Assembly (NCBI GenBank): GCA_963843575.1
Contig: CAWJKZ010000026.1
Location: forward strand, 64,001-128,000
Length of the DNA: 64,000 nt
Source of the DNA: an uncultured Acidobacteriota bacterium
GTDB taxonomy: Bacteria > Acidobacteriota > UBA6911
Direction of reading: 5' to 3'
Each line of letters begins with the position of its first letter. Positions within the stretch are counted from its first letter, which is position 1. The position numbers and the translations under genes were made by a program. Below, in pieces: positions 40,704-51,228 of this stretch. A model generated the notes under the pieces. The model saw nothing but the letters and a program-made list of their open reading frames with translations, was not told the DNA's origin and ran no database searches.

Positions 40704-43116
40704 ATGCTTTACGGCATTTTTTTGGCGCTGGCGCTTTCTGCCGGGGCCGGTTCCGAGGCGTCGCCGCCCCCCTCCGCCATTCGCCGGGTCGAGGTCGAGG
40801 GAAATCACCGGTTCCCCACGCCTGGGATTCTGAAAGTGATCTCGAGTGCTCCCGGGAAGCCATACGACGAAACGGCGGCCCGCGAGGACTTGCGCAGGCT
40901 GTACGCGACAGGTTTTTTCCAGGACGTTTCCGTCACCAGCCGGCCTGCGGACGACGGACGTGTGGATGTGCACGTCCGGGTCGTCGAGTTGCCGTACATC
41001 TCGGAGTTCGTCATCACGGGAGCGGGCTCGGGGCTGGAGCAACGCATCCGTGAGGTGTTGCGCAAGGAAAAGCTCGAGCTCCGCCCTGCCACGCCGTTCA
41101 GCCCGGCCCGATCGGGCAAGGCCGCGGCGCTGGTGAGGAATCTCCTGCGGGCGCAGAAGTACCCACAGGCGGAGGTGGTCGTGGATCCCGAGCCGGCAGG
41201 GGTTCTGGTGCGCGCCCACATGCGCATCCGCACCGGGCCTCAACTGAAAGTCGGGCGGGTGGAGTTCATCGGCAACTCCAGCATCGCGGCGGGGGAACTG
41301 CTGCGTGAGATGAAGCACACGCGCTCGGGCAGTCTGTGGGCGTTCTGGTCGGATGCCGGGCGATACCTTCCCGAGGAACTCGCCGCCGACATGGAATCGA
41401 TCCGGCGGCTGTACCAGTCGCGCGGTTTTGCGGCGGCGCGCATCGGCCCACCGGAGGTCGTGGCCCAGGATGCCGCGCCTCGTCGTGCCTTTCATGGCTC
41501 ACAAGGCCGAATTACGCATACGGATACCGGTAGCCGAGGGCGCGCAGTTCACCTTGACGGCTATCTCGGTCGAGGACGACGGCAAGCCGGCGTCGGAGCA
41601 GGCGGCCGATGTCGCGCGCCAGATCCGGGTGCCGTGCCGTTACGACTTGGCTGCGCTCGAGTCAGTCAAGACCTCGATGGGCCAGGCGCTCGGACACGCG
41701 GGCTATGCCATGGCCGATGTCCGGCTCGAGCAGGCCTTCGACGAGGGCACACGGTCCGTGCGGGCGACATACCGTGTCACCGCGGGTGAACCCGCGATCG
41801 TCGGACGCCTACGGTTCGAAGGGAACGCGCGGATCCCCGACAAGTTCCTCCGGCGCGAGCTGCGGACCAAGGAAGGGGATGTGTTCGACTCGTCACTTCT
41901 GGACGCAGAGTCTGGCGCGGTTGAACGGAAGCAATCTGGTCCGGGAAATGGGACGCACGGATGTCGTCCTGGAAATGGACGAGGTGCGGCAGGAACTCGA
42001 CATCACGTTCAAGGTGAAGGAGAACGAGCTCCGCGGAATCTACGGCACCGGTGGACTAGCCGGGGGTGGGTACCTCGGGCTGGTCTACTCCTTCTTCAAC
42101 CTGTTCGGGATCGGGGAGAGGATTGCCATGGAGTTGGACGGCGGGGCGGCGCAATCCAACCTGTTGCTCAACGTCGTGGGACATCATTTTCTCGGCTCGC
42201 CGTTCACCCTGGCGCTGTCCGCCTTCCACCGGTACACGAACCTCAACGTGGCCAACATCGTCCCCGACACGCAGGACATGGTTGGGGTATTCCGCCGGCG
42301 ATCCACCGGGTTGGGACTTTCGGGCTCTTATCCCCTGACCTCCCGGATACAGGCTCGGGCTGGGGTACCAGTTCGCGCGGGACGAGATTACGGGCGACGG
42401 GTTCGCCACCTCTACCGTAAGCCGGTCGGAGGTGACGCCCTCGCTGGTGTTCGACTCCGTCCGGGGTTCGGGGCCGGCCACGCGCGGGAACAGGGTCGCC
42501 TTCGCCCGGACGTGGTCGGGCCCCGTGCTGCTCGACAGGATAGAATCGGGCCGGGAAGCCTTCCGGTTTTCCAACTTCAGCGGCGACCCCTTGACCTCGG
42601 GCCGCAACTCGTTCGCCTTCCAGTTCCAGGGCGCGTGGGCGCACTCCGGTGCGACAGTCCCTCGCGCCCGACCTGCGCTACTACCCCGGCACCGAAGTGG
42701 CGCGAGGGTTTGCACGCGGCGGGCTGAGCGCCTGGGGCATGACCGATGGAGCGACCGGACCGTCCGATCTCCGGGTGCTCGGCGCCGACGCTCTGCTGGG
42801 ATTCTCCACAGAATACCGGCTGCCTTTGAGCGGGCCGCTCGGCGGCGCGGCCTTCTTTGATCTGGCCTGGACCCGGCTGAACACCCGCAACGGCAGCCCC
42901 ATCGCCGGGGTGCGGCAGTTGGCCGGCACCAGCGGCGTCATCCGCGCCTCAACCGGGGGAGAATTGCGGCTGCAGTTGCCAGTCATCCGGCAGCCTGCGC
43001 GCCTGATCTTCGCCTGGAATCCATTCCGGCTGGACGCCTTGGTCAGGGGAGCTTCACCCTTTCGCGTCGCTGACCCGCGTGGCGCGATCCGCTTCGCCCT
43101 GGGGGACATCTTCTGA
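40704..43116 (+). CDS. Omp85/BamA-like outer-membrane protein (multiple POTRA + barrel); several frameshifts
   Basis: Signal peptide, POTRA motifs 'VEVEGN...DLRRLYATGFF', 'VEFIGN' and 'LRFEGN...LRRE', barrel 'NLFGIGE', 'RGF', 'STGGELR', C-terminal Phe ('ALGDIF'). Confidence 0.8.
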
Positions 43117-43133
43117 GCCCGGGCCGGAGACCT

Positions 43134-43656
43134 CTACTTTGCGAACTGGAAGTCGGCTGAGAGTTTGGTGGTACCCCACAGCATGATGAAGGTACCTCCC
43201 TTCGGAGCCTCCTTGAGTTCGATCGTGAACGTCTCGACCGCACTCGGGGCCGCTTCCTTCTTCAGCGGGATCCTGCCGACATCCTTCGCCGGGTTGTGCT
43301 CCGTCCCCCATTGCCCCGTCTGGGAGTTCAACACCAGTTCGAATCTGTCCGAGGCGTCCCTGGCCAGGAACAGGCTGTAGCTCCCCTTCGGGACCTTGGT
43401 GCCGCGCGAAGGCGAGGTCCACGGGGGTGGTCAGCGTCGTCGCCTGGTTCATTCCCATACGCCAGGAGTCTCCCGGCTTGAGTTGCGCCAGCATTTCCCG
43501 ACCCTTCAGGGCGGGGCGTCCGTAGTCGATGGTGACGGACCCGGAGGCCGCCTTCAGTTCCGCCTTGCCGCGGCCGCCCTGGCCGGCGACCGGGAGCGCG
43601 AACGACAACACAAACAGCATGCCTGCGCACAATCCAACGGCTCTCTTGATAGTCAT
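43134..43656 (-). CDS. DUF2911-family exported protein; frameshift near 43405
   Basis: 'VTIDYGRPALKGR...WRMGMNQAT', 'GSYSLF', 'QWGT' and 'ETFTIE...WG'. Confidence 0.8.
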
Positions 43657-43810
43657 ACCCGTCACCTCCATAAGAAGTTGGTAGTGAAAAGATAACAGGA
43701 GACCTGCGGGGTGACTAGTGGGCTGGCAGTCTGAGCGGTCCCTGTCCCACTCTTCGGTTGGTTCCTGGCCCGAATTGTGAGAAGTTTCCGTCTCTCGATC
43801 GGAGCGCGAC

Positions 43811-45162
43811 GTGTCTTTGCCCGGTTCGGTGTTTTCGCAGCGGCACATCCTGCTGTTCTGGGCGCCCCTGGCGGCGAGCTGGGCGTTGATGAGCGCGGAG
43901 GTGCCGGTGCTTCAGGCTGCGATCGCGCGCCTCCCCGACATGCAGACGCAGCTCGCGGCCTTCGGCATCGTGATGAGCCTGGAGATCGCGATCGAAAGCC
44001 CGGTGATCATGCTGCTGGCCACGAGCACGGCGATGTGCACGAGCGGGGCCAACTACAGGACCGTGCGCTCGCTTCACGAACTGGACGAACCTGTTCGTGA
44101 CGGTCGTGGCCGTTGCGGTGGCTTTCACGCCGCTTTACTCCTTGATCGTCCTGTCCGTCATGCGCATCCCGCCGCACATCGCCCGGGCGGCGCATCCGGG
44201 CATGCAGATCATGACCCTCTGGTCGGCGGCTATCGGGGTGCGCCGGTTTCTCCAGGGTGTGCTGATCCGGTACGGTCGGACGCGCTGGATAGGGATCGGC
44301 ACGGCAGCGCGCCTGCTGTCCTCGGGCGGGACCGGGATCGGACTTGGCGCTGACCAGCGCGCTTCCCGGGGTCCATATCGCTGCCATCGCGCTGATGGCG
44401 GGGGTCGGGACCGAGGCGTTGTTCATCGTCGTCGTCTCGCGTTCGACGGTGCGTCGCGTGCTCGCGTCGGGATCCGGGCCGCAGCACGAACGGCTGTCAA
44501 TCTGGGATGTGTTCCGCTATCACCTGCCGCTGGCCGCGACGTCGCTGCTCACCCTGATGGCGCAGCCGTTGATTGGCGCGGGTCTCGCGAGGATGCCCCA
44601 CCCGGAGGAGAACCTGGCGGCGTGGCCGGTGATCTGGGGGATCCTGTTCCTGTTCCGCAGCGCTCCCTTCGCGCTGCCGGAAGCCGTGATCGCGCTGGCG
44701 GCCGAGCGGCGCCTGTACGGAGCCGGTTCGTGTCTTCTGCCGGCGGATAGGCATCGTGTCCACGGCGGCGATGGCGGTTCTGGCCGCCACGCCTCTGCTC
44801 GGCCTTTACCTCCGCTACGTGGCCGGCATCCCGGAGCACCTCGCACGCTTCGTTTTGCCCGGCACGATCCTGGCGGTGGTGATCCCGTACATCAACTCAG
44901 TTCACAGCTGGTTCCGCGGCCTGCTGATGTACTCGCGCATGACGCGCGTCATATATTGGGGGATGGGTTTGAACCTGTCGATCACGGCGGCGCTCGTCTT
45001 CGCGGGTGTGGCCTGCACACCCCGGGGGCGGAGACGGCGATCGTGGCTCTCACGCTGTCGCTTGTGGCGGAGGTTTGCTATCTCAGGCGGCAGTCGGTCG
45101 CCGGTCTGCGGGAACCGGCTGCCGGGGGCTGCCGACCGCGAGTGGCGCGGGCCGGTCGTTGA
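43811..45162 (+). CDS. MATE/MOP-fold (ANKH-like) membrane transporter; several frameshifts
   Basis: Twofold internal symmetry: 'FWAPLAASWALM...AAIARLP' versus 'YHLPLAATSLL...AGLARMP'; also 'RRFLQGVLI'. Confidence 0.65.
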
Positions 45163-45924
45163 TCAGATGCGGAACTGGCCCCGGAACTGCATCTGCTTCG
45201 GGTTCATCTTCACGAACAGGTTGAATGTCTGTTGTTTCCGCTTGGTCTCGATCGTGAGCTGGCTCGTCAGAGTGATGTCCTTTTCCTCGCCGGTGAAGAG
45301 CAATTCGCCGTTTTCGCCGAACCTCGGGAAGACAAACGCCGGGTTAGGCCGTCGTGCGTCCGGGGCCCAGTAATCGAGGAGGCGGATCGGCGCGTCGCTT
45401 CTCGACGTGTGGAGGTAGGTGTTGGTCCGGAACGTGTCCAGGGTCGCGTGGGTGAAATAGCTCCGGACGTCGTACAAGCTGGAATCGCCGGCCGGGACCG
45501 ACCTGTACGCCAGCTGGATGACGACGGTCTTTTCGGGAGGGGCGGCGGCCAGCTGCGCGACCTGGAGGTCGATGGCCTCGCTGTCGGCGGGCCGTTGCAG
45601 CGTCTGCAGCCGCCAGATCGCCAGCTTCACGGGCAGCGCGGACAGCGTGCGGATTTCGAAAGTGATCGACGTTTCCCCCTCGCCGAATGTGGGCCCCTGC
45701 GCAGCTGCCGTGGTCCTTTCGTTCGTCGGGAAGCTGCTGTTGTCCACGAAGACGTTGGTCACGATTCTGAATGTCGAGGTGTAGGCCCACGGCGACTTGG
45801 TGAGCAGTTCCTCGCACTCGCGCGCGGTCCAGGTCTTATAGTCGCGCGAGTCCCAGAATTTTGCCGCAAACCCATTGGCCACAAAGAGGGCCAGGATCAA
45901 GAGCCCACACCTGAATGTTTTCAT
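45163..45924 (-). CDS. Hypothetical exported protein
   Basis: Signal peptide, 'W...C..LLT.SPWA' and 'F.FPR...F...M.F.G' motifs of an uncharacterised family; good codon bias. Confidence 0.7.
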   Translation of the reverse strand: MKTFRCGLLILALFVANGFAAKFWDSRDYKTWTARECEELLTKSPWAYTSTFRIVTNVFVDNSSFPTNERTTAAAQGPTFGEGETSITFEIRTLSALPVKLAIWRLQTLQRPADSEAIDLQVAQLAAAPPEKTVVIQLAYRSVPAGDSSLYDVRSYFTHATLDTFRTNTYLHTSRSDAPIRLLDYWAPDARRPNPAFVFPRFGENGELLFTGEEKDITLTSQLTIETKRKQQTFNLFVKMNPKQMQFRGQFRI

Positions 45925-46090
45925 AAGGCATTTTAGCAGTTTCAGGTCCGGGGCATCTCGTCAGACAGCGGTAATGCGTCCTCCCGGCGGTGCGGGACGC
46001 TGGACCACGGGATCCAGACGCCATTCTCCTGTGCACATTTTCCCTTACTGGGCGCCTCCACGGTGCGCTGGGGCACAAATCGGCCGGATT

Positions 46091-46504
46091 CTAGTGGTAT
46101 AGCATCAGGTATACAATAACACCGGTGATCGAAACGTAGATCCAGAGTGGGAAAGTCCACCGGGCTACGCTTCTGTGCCGTTCGAAGCGCCTGCCCAAGG
46201 CGAACCGCAGCGTGACGGCGATCAGCGGCACGATGAGGGCGGCCAGCACCGTGTGGGACAGGAGTATGATGAAATACACGGTACGTATCCAGCCCTGGCC
46301 CTGAAACCGCACCGAGCCCGCGTGAGCGTGGTAAACCAGGTAGCTGAGCAGGAAGGCGGCGGAGCTGCCCAGTCCTGCGAGCATGAACTTGCGGTGCCGG
46401 GTGATGTTCCGCCGGCGGACCGAGATGTATCCGAGCAGCAGCAGCAGCGCGCTCGCTGCATTGAGCACGGCGTTAAGATGAGGCAGAAGGGAGTAATACC
46501 CCAT
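46091..46504 (-). CDS. DUF420 family membrane protein (CtaM-like oxidase assembly factor)
   Basis: 'LPHLNA.LN', 'HRKFM', 'FLLSYL.YH' and 'W.YVS.TGV.VY.MLY'. Confidence 0.88.
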   Translation of the reverse strand: MGYYSLLPHLNAVLNAASALLLLLGYISVRRRNITRHRKFMLAGLGSSAAFLLSYLVYHAHAGSVRFQGQGWIRTVYFIILLSHTVLAALIVPLIAVTLRFALGRRFERHRSVARWTFPLWIYVSITGVIVYLMLYH

Positions 46505-46604
46505 GAAGTCTCCTGTGCCGTTCCGCACGGGGCCGGCCGGAATGAAACTTGCGTGGTTGCATCGCATCTACACCAGAAGCAGTTCTAACAAAGGAGAACC
46601 GTCG

Positions 46605-47536
46605 ATGTCTCGAGCCCATTATTTCCTTTTTATCCTCTTGCTCGCCACGGCAGCCTGCAGCCGGGCTCCCCAGGAGGAGCAGAAGTCCGCTCAGCAGCAG
46701 CAACCTGCGGCGTCGCAACCGGAGACTCCGGCGGCCCCGTCGGCCGAAGCTCCCGCGGCTCAGCCGGAGGCCGCGCCGGCTGCTTCGGAACCGCCCGCGG
46801 CGCAGCCTGCGGGGAAGGCGGCGGCGACCCGTCCCGCAAGGTCGGCAGCCCGGAAGGAAACCGCTCGATCGGTCGATCGCTCGTCTCCCATTTCGCGCTC
46901 CGAGGAAACCCAACCGGGGACGCGCGGTCAGGAGGCGCGCGCCGGCCGAGGCTGTTGTGCCGCCTACCGCGCGCGGCGGGGGCGCCTGCAGCTAACGTGG
47001 CTCCCGAGCCACCGAAGCCGCGGATCGCGATCCTCGCCTCGGGGACCAAGCTGGACGTGCGCCTGATGGATGATCTGAGTTCCGACGTTAACAAGTCCGG
47101 CGACAAGTTCGAGGCGACGCTGGACAACGATCTCGAGGCCAACGGTCAGGTGATCGCGCCTCGCGGCAGCGTCATCGTCGGCAAGGTCGTACGTGCCGAC
47201 CAGGGGGGCAGGGTGGAAGGGAAGGCCGGGTTGTCGCTGACCCTGACCGAGATACGCACGAAAGCGAATGCTTACCCGCTGCGCACCAACACGCTCTCCT
47301 TCACCGCGGAAAGCTCCAAGAAGCAGGACGCGACGAAGATCGGAGCCGGTGCCGCCATCGGGGCCGTTATCGGTGCCATTGCCGGCGGGGGCAAGGGTGC
47401 AGCAATCGGGGCGGGTGTCGGCGGGGGTGCCGGAACCGGTGCCGTCTTGGCCACGCGCGGCAAGGCCGTCAAGTTCCAATCGGAGCACCAGTTCACCTTC
47501 GAACTGCAGCAAGACCTTCAAGTGAAGCTGCAGTAG
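46605..47536 (+). CDS. Lipoprotein with Pro/Ala-rich linker and glycine-zipper beta domain; frameshifts near 46920-46980
   Basis: Lipobox 'TAAC', low-complexity linker and 'GAGAAIGAVIGAIAGGGKGAAIGAGVGGGAG'. Confidence 0.7.
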
Positions 47537-47538
47537 CG

Positions 47539-48318
47539 TCAACGCGTATTCGTTCGGGCCGCGACGAGCGTCGTGGCCCCGAACGCCGCCAGACCGAACA
47601 ACAGGCTGACCGCGAGGCAAGTGCCGAGCGAGGGCACGTCGATGGCGGCCTGCGCCTTCCCCATATACAGGACGCGCCGGATTGCGCCGACCCCGTAAGT
47701 CAGGGGATTGGCGAAAATCAGCGCGCGGATCCAGCCGGGCGCCCCGGAAGCGGGGAAGAACGAGCCGGACAAAAGCCACATCGGGATAAGCAGCAGGTTC
47801 ATGATCGCGTGAAACCCCTGAGTGGAATCCATGCGCCACGCGATCAGGAAGCCGACGGACGTCAGGGCGAACGCCACGATGAAAAGGACCCCGGCCGCCA
47901 CCAGGAACTTCCCCGGCGTCAACCCGATCCCCACAAACGGGGCGAGCAGCAGGAAGAGCAGGGCCTGCATCAAGGCCAGGGTGGTTCCGCCCAGGATCTT
48001 GCCCAGCGTGATCGCAGCGCGCGGGACCGGAGCCACCAGCACCGATTGCAGGAACCCCGCCTGACGGTCCTCGATGATCGAGATCGTCGAGAAAATCGAG
48101 GTGAAAAGCAGGATGAGAGCGAGGGTGCCCGGGAACGAATATTCCAGGTAGTGTTCCCCTCCGAGGGTGCTCGATCGAAAAGAGCTGCCAAGTCCGGACC
48201 CGATAATCAGCCAGAAAACCAGCGGGGTGCCGAGGGCGCCCACGATGCGGTGCCGTTGCCGGAGAAACCGCACCACCTCGCGCCACCACAGCGTCCCGGC
48301 CGGCAGCAGCAGGCTCAT
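47539..48318 (-). CDS. ABC-2 type permease
   Basis: 'WREVVRF', 'EDRQAGFLQSVLVAP', 'LSGSFFP' and 'NPLTYG'. Confidence 0.9.
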   Translation of the reverse strand: MSLLLPAGTLWWREVVRFLRQRHRIVGALGTPLVFWLIIGSGLGSSFRSSTLGGEHYLEYSFPGTLALILLFTSIFSTISIIEDRQAGFLQSVLVAPVPRAAITLGKILGGTTLALMQALLFLLLAPFVGIGLTPGKFLVAAGVLFIVAFALTSVGFLIAWRMDSTQGFHAIMNLLLIPMWLLSGSFFPASGAPGWIRALIFANPLTYGVGAIRRVLYMGKAQAAIDVPSLGTCLAVSLLFGLAAFGATTLVAARTNTR

Positions 48319-48340
48319 TCTCCCTCCCCTTGACGCGCCG

Positions 48341-49321
48341 TCAGGCCGGCGTGTCCGACTCCCACAATCGGTGGCCGGTACGGTGGATAAAAACGTCCTC
48401 GAGCGTCGGCTTGCCTAACGAGACGGCCTGGACCCGGCCCGGAAAGGCCTCGACCAGCTGCGGTATGAACTGGTGCCCCTCGTCCTTCTCGATCCGGACG
48501 GTTCCGTCCAGGATGCTGGCCTCGATGCCGAAACGTCGTTGGACTTCGCGCTGCAGATCGCCCGGCGTGTCGGTGTGGACGGTGATGACGTCCCCCCCGA
48601 TTTCCGACGTGAGTTGCTGGGGCGAGCCCAGCGCGACCACCTGGCCCTGGTGCAACAGGGCGAGACGGTCGCAACCCGCGGCTTCTTCCATGAGGTGGGT
48701 GGTCAGGAGCACGGTCACCCCGTCGCGTTTGCGAAGAAGCTGGAGATGGTCCCAAAGATCGCGTCGGGCACCCGGGTCAAGGCCGGTGCTGGGCTCGTCC
48801 AGGATCAGGACCTCCGGGCCGTGCAGGAGGGTCTTGGCCAACTCGACCCTTCTGGCCGTTCCCCCCGAAAGCGTCTCCACGATGTCCCGGGCGCGATCCT
48901 GCAGCCCGAGCCGCGCCAGCATCTCCGCGATGCGGGTGTCGAGGACTCGGCCGCGCAGCCCGTAGAGGTGGCCGTGGTGCCAGAGGTTTTCGCGCACCGT
49001 AAGTTTCTTGTCGAGGCTGGGGGCCTGGAACGCCACGCCGATCAGTTTCCTCGCCTGCGCGGGCTCCCGCACGACATCCCGGCCGTCCACGACGATGGTG
49101 CCGGAGGTCGGCGCCATCAGGGTGGACAGGATTTTGAACAGGGTAGTTTTGCCACCGCCGTTAGGACCGAGAAGCCCGAAGATTTCGCCGCGGCCGACGC
49201 CGAACGAGACGTCCCGCAAGGCGCGCACGGGCGAGCCGCCGCGGCGGGGTGGGCCGTAGGTGTGGGTGACGTCCCGCACTTCGACGATCGCGTCGCCGTT
49301 CATTGGGCTGCGAGCCTTCAT
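48341..49321 (-). CDS. ABC transporter ATP-binding protein (DrrA/NodI type)
   Basis: Walker A 'GPNGGGKT', 'LSGG', 'ILDEP' and 'TTHLMEEA'; ATGA overlap with ctaB. Confidence 0.92.
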   Translation of the reverse strand: MKARSPMNGDAIVEVRDVTHTYGPPRRGGSPVRALRDVSFGVGRGEIFGLLGPNGGGKTTLFKILSTLMAPTSGTIVVDGRDVVREPAQARKLIGVAFQAPSLDKKLTVRENLWHHGHLYGLRGRVLDTRIAEMLARLGLQDRARDIVETLSGGTARRVELAKTLLHGPEVLILDEPSTGLDPGARRDLWDHLQLLRKRDGVTVLLTTHLMEEAAGCDRLALLHQGQVVALGSPQQLTSEIGGDVITVHTDTPGDLQREVQRRFGIEASILDGTVRIEKDEGHQFIPQLVEAFPGRVQAVSLGKPTLEDVFIHRTGHRLWESDTPA

Positions 49322-50226
49322 GACGAGACTTTGTCGATCATCATAAGGCCGAAAAGCATCGGCAGATAACAGACGGAGACCCAAAACAGCCTCCGGGCGG
49401 ACATTCGATTCCGCTGCCGGACGAAGACCAGGCCGTAGGCCATGAACCACAGGCCTAGTGCGACCGCCCCCGTCAGGTATACCTTACCCGCCAGCCCAGT
49501 CAGGAATGGGAGAACCGTGATTCCGATCAGCAGCAGGATAAAGAGGCCCGCCTGCCGGCTGGTCCTGGCGCCGGTTTCGTCGACGACCGGAAGGAGGGGA
49601 AACCCGGCCCGGGCGTAGTCGTCCCGATACATCCACCCGATCGCATAAAAATGCGGCAGCTGCCAGACGAACACGATGGCGAAGAGGATCCATGCCCGCG
49701 CCGGGAGCGTTCCGTTAACGGCGGCCCAGCCCATCGCGGTGGGAAGCGCCCCGGGGACCGCCCCGATCAGGGTGCAGAGCCACGTGCGTTTTTTCAGCGG
49801 CGTGTACAGCGCGAGGTAGCTCAGGAAGGTGAGGGCCGAAAGGAAACTCGTGAGGAGGTTGACGAACACGAGCAGGTAAATCATCCCGGCGGCCGAAATC
49901 AGGGCCGCGAAACCCAGAGCCTCCCGGGATCCCATCCTGCCCGCAGGGAGGGGGCGCCGCGCCGTACGGCGCATGAGTCCGTCCAGGTTTCGCTCCAAGT
50001 ACATGTTGAAGGCGCTCGCTCCTCCTGCTACCAAGGCCGTTCCCAGGAGGGTGTGGGCCAGCAGGACAAGGGGAAGGCCGCGGGGCGCGCCCGCGTAGAA
50101 GCCGACCAGGGTCGTTATGACCACCAGCACCGTGATCCGCGGTTTGGTCAGTTGAAGGAAATCGTTGGTCCGCGCGCGCATGGAGGCGGGATTGGCCGCG
50201 GGATACGTCTCAAGGCCGGCTTTCAA
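49318..50226 (-). CDS. ctaB: Heme O synthase (protoheme IX farnesyltransferase)
   Basis: 'LTKPRI', 'D.LM.RT..RPLP.G', 'YTPLK' and 'WQLPHF...DY..AG'. Confidence 0.95.
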   Translation of the reverse strand: MKAGLETYPAANPASMRARTNDFLQLTKPRITVLVVITTLVGFYAGAPRGLPLVLLAHTLLGTALVAGGASAFNMYLERNLDGLMRRTARRPLPAGRMGSREALGFAALISAAGMIYLLVFVNLLTSFLSALTFLSYLALYTPLKKRTWLCTLIGAVPGALPTAMGWAAVNGTLPARAWILFAIVFVWQLPHFYAIGWMYRDDYARAGFPLLPVVDETGARTSRQAGLFILLLIGITVLPFLTGLAGKVYLTGAVALGLWFMAYGLVFVRQRNRMSARRLFWVSVCYLPMLFGLMMIDKVSS

Positions 50227-50238
50227 TGGTTCGCTCCG

Positions 50239-51186
50239 TCAAGCGCCGGCGTCGGCCAGCGTTGCGCACCGGGCCGCGGATCGCGGCAGAAGCACGCGGT
50301 AAGTGCGCAGCGTCAGGATGACGCTGGTCGCCAGCGTCACGGCGCCGACGGCCACGTGCGACGTGGCAGGGATCACGCTGCGGGCCGACCATACGGTTTC
50401 GGCTCCCAGGAAGACCTGGAGGACTAGGGCGCCGAGAAGCACGAGGGCAGGGCGGACCAACCACGGTTCCGACTTATGTCTTCGGACGACCGCAGTCACG
50501 ACCCAGATGACGCATACGGCGACGACGACAGCTCCCAGCCTGTGGACGTACTGTATCAGGATCTGCTGACTGAACACCTCGGGGACAAGCCGTCCGAAAG
50601 CGAGCGGGAAGTCGGGTATCGCCAGGGCGCTGCCGGTGTGGCGCACGAGTGCGCCCAGCAGGATCTGGCCGTAGATGGCGGCCGTGGTCACCACCGTCAG
50701 CACCCTCAGGCGCGACCCGGTCCCGTCCTCCACGCGCGGTTCGCGCTCCCGCCAGCCACGCGACGTGAACACCGCCAACGAGACGGTCAGGCAAAGAAAG
50801 ATCTGCGCGAGCCCCGCGTGGCCGATCGACACCGCGGTCGGGAGAAGAAAGAGGACCGTGATCCCGCCCAGCAGGCCCTGGCAGATCACGGCCAGCAGGG
50901 CGAGAAGTCCGACCCGGCGGACCCAGCGGCGGGGTTCGCGAAACCAGGTCCAAGCCGCCAGGATGACGGTAAGAAACCCGACGCTCGCTGCCACCATGCG
51001 GTGGCCGTGCTCGTAAAACACGCCCCCCACCATCCTGGGGAAGAGCTGCCCGTAAGAGAGCGGCCAATCCGGGACCGAAAGGCCGGAATCGGTCGAGGTC
51101 ACCAGCCCACCCACATAGATCAGGCCGATGGTGGCGATTGCGACAAAGACGGCAAAGCGGTGTAACGACTTGCTCTGACTGTTCAA
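50239..51186 (-). CDS. ctaA: Heme A synthase (COX15/CtaA family)
   Basis: 'SGLSVPDWP', 'EHGHR', 'QGLLGG.TV' and 'HRLGA'; eight TM segments. Confidence 0.88.
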   Translation of the reverse strand: MNSQSKSLHRFAVFVAIATIGLIYVGGLVTSTDSGLSVPDWPLSYGQLFPRMVGGVFYEHGHRMVAASVGFLTVILAAWTWFREPRRWVRRVGLLALLAVICQGLLGGITVLFLLPTAVSIGHAGLAQIFLCLTVSLAVFTSRGWREREPRVEDGTGSRLRVLTVVTTAAIYGQILLGALVRHTGSALAIPDFPLAFGRLVPEVFSQQILIQYVHRLGAVVVAVCVIWVVTAVVRRHKSEPWLVRPALVLLGALVLQVFLGAETVWSARSVIPATSHVAVGAVTLATSVILTLRTYRVLLPRSAARCATLADAGA

Positions 51187-51228
51187 GGTCGAATCCTCGC
51201 TTCGGTTGCCGAGATTGGGTTGGATGCC

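Noticed and set aside
45925-46090. Possible riboswitch/ncRNA in intergenic regions (also 13700-13900, 43660-43810, 56800-57060)
   Set aside because: I recognised no conserved Rfam-like motif by eye; an Infernal scan would be needed.
46680-46860. Repetitive GC-rich DNA (also 55350-55900)
   Set aside because: It encodes Pro/Ala-rich protein linkers and is not an independent repeat element.
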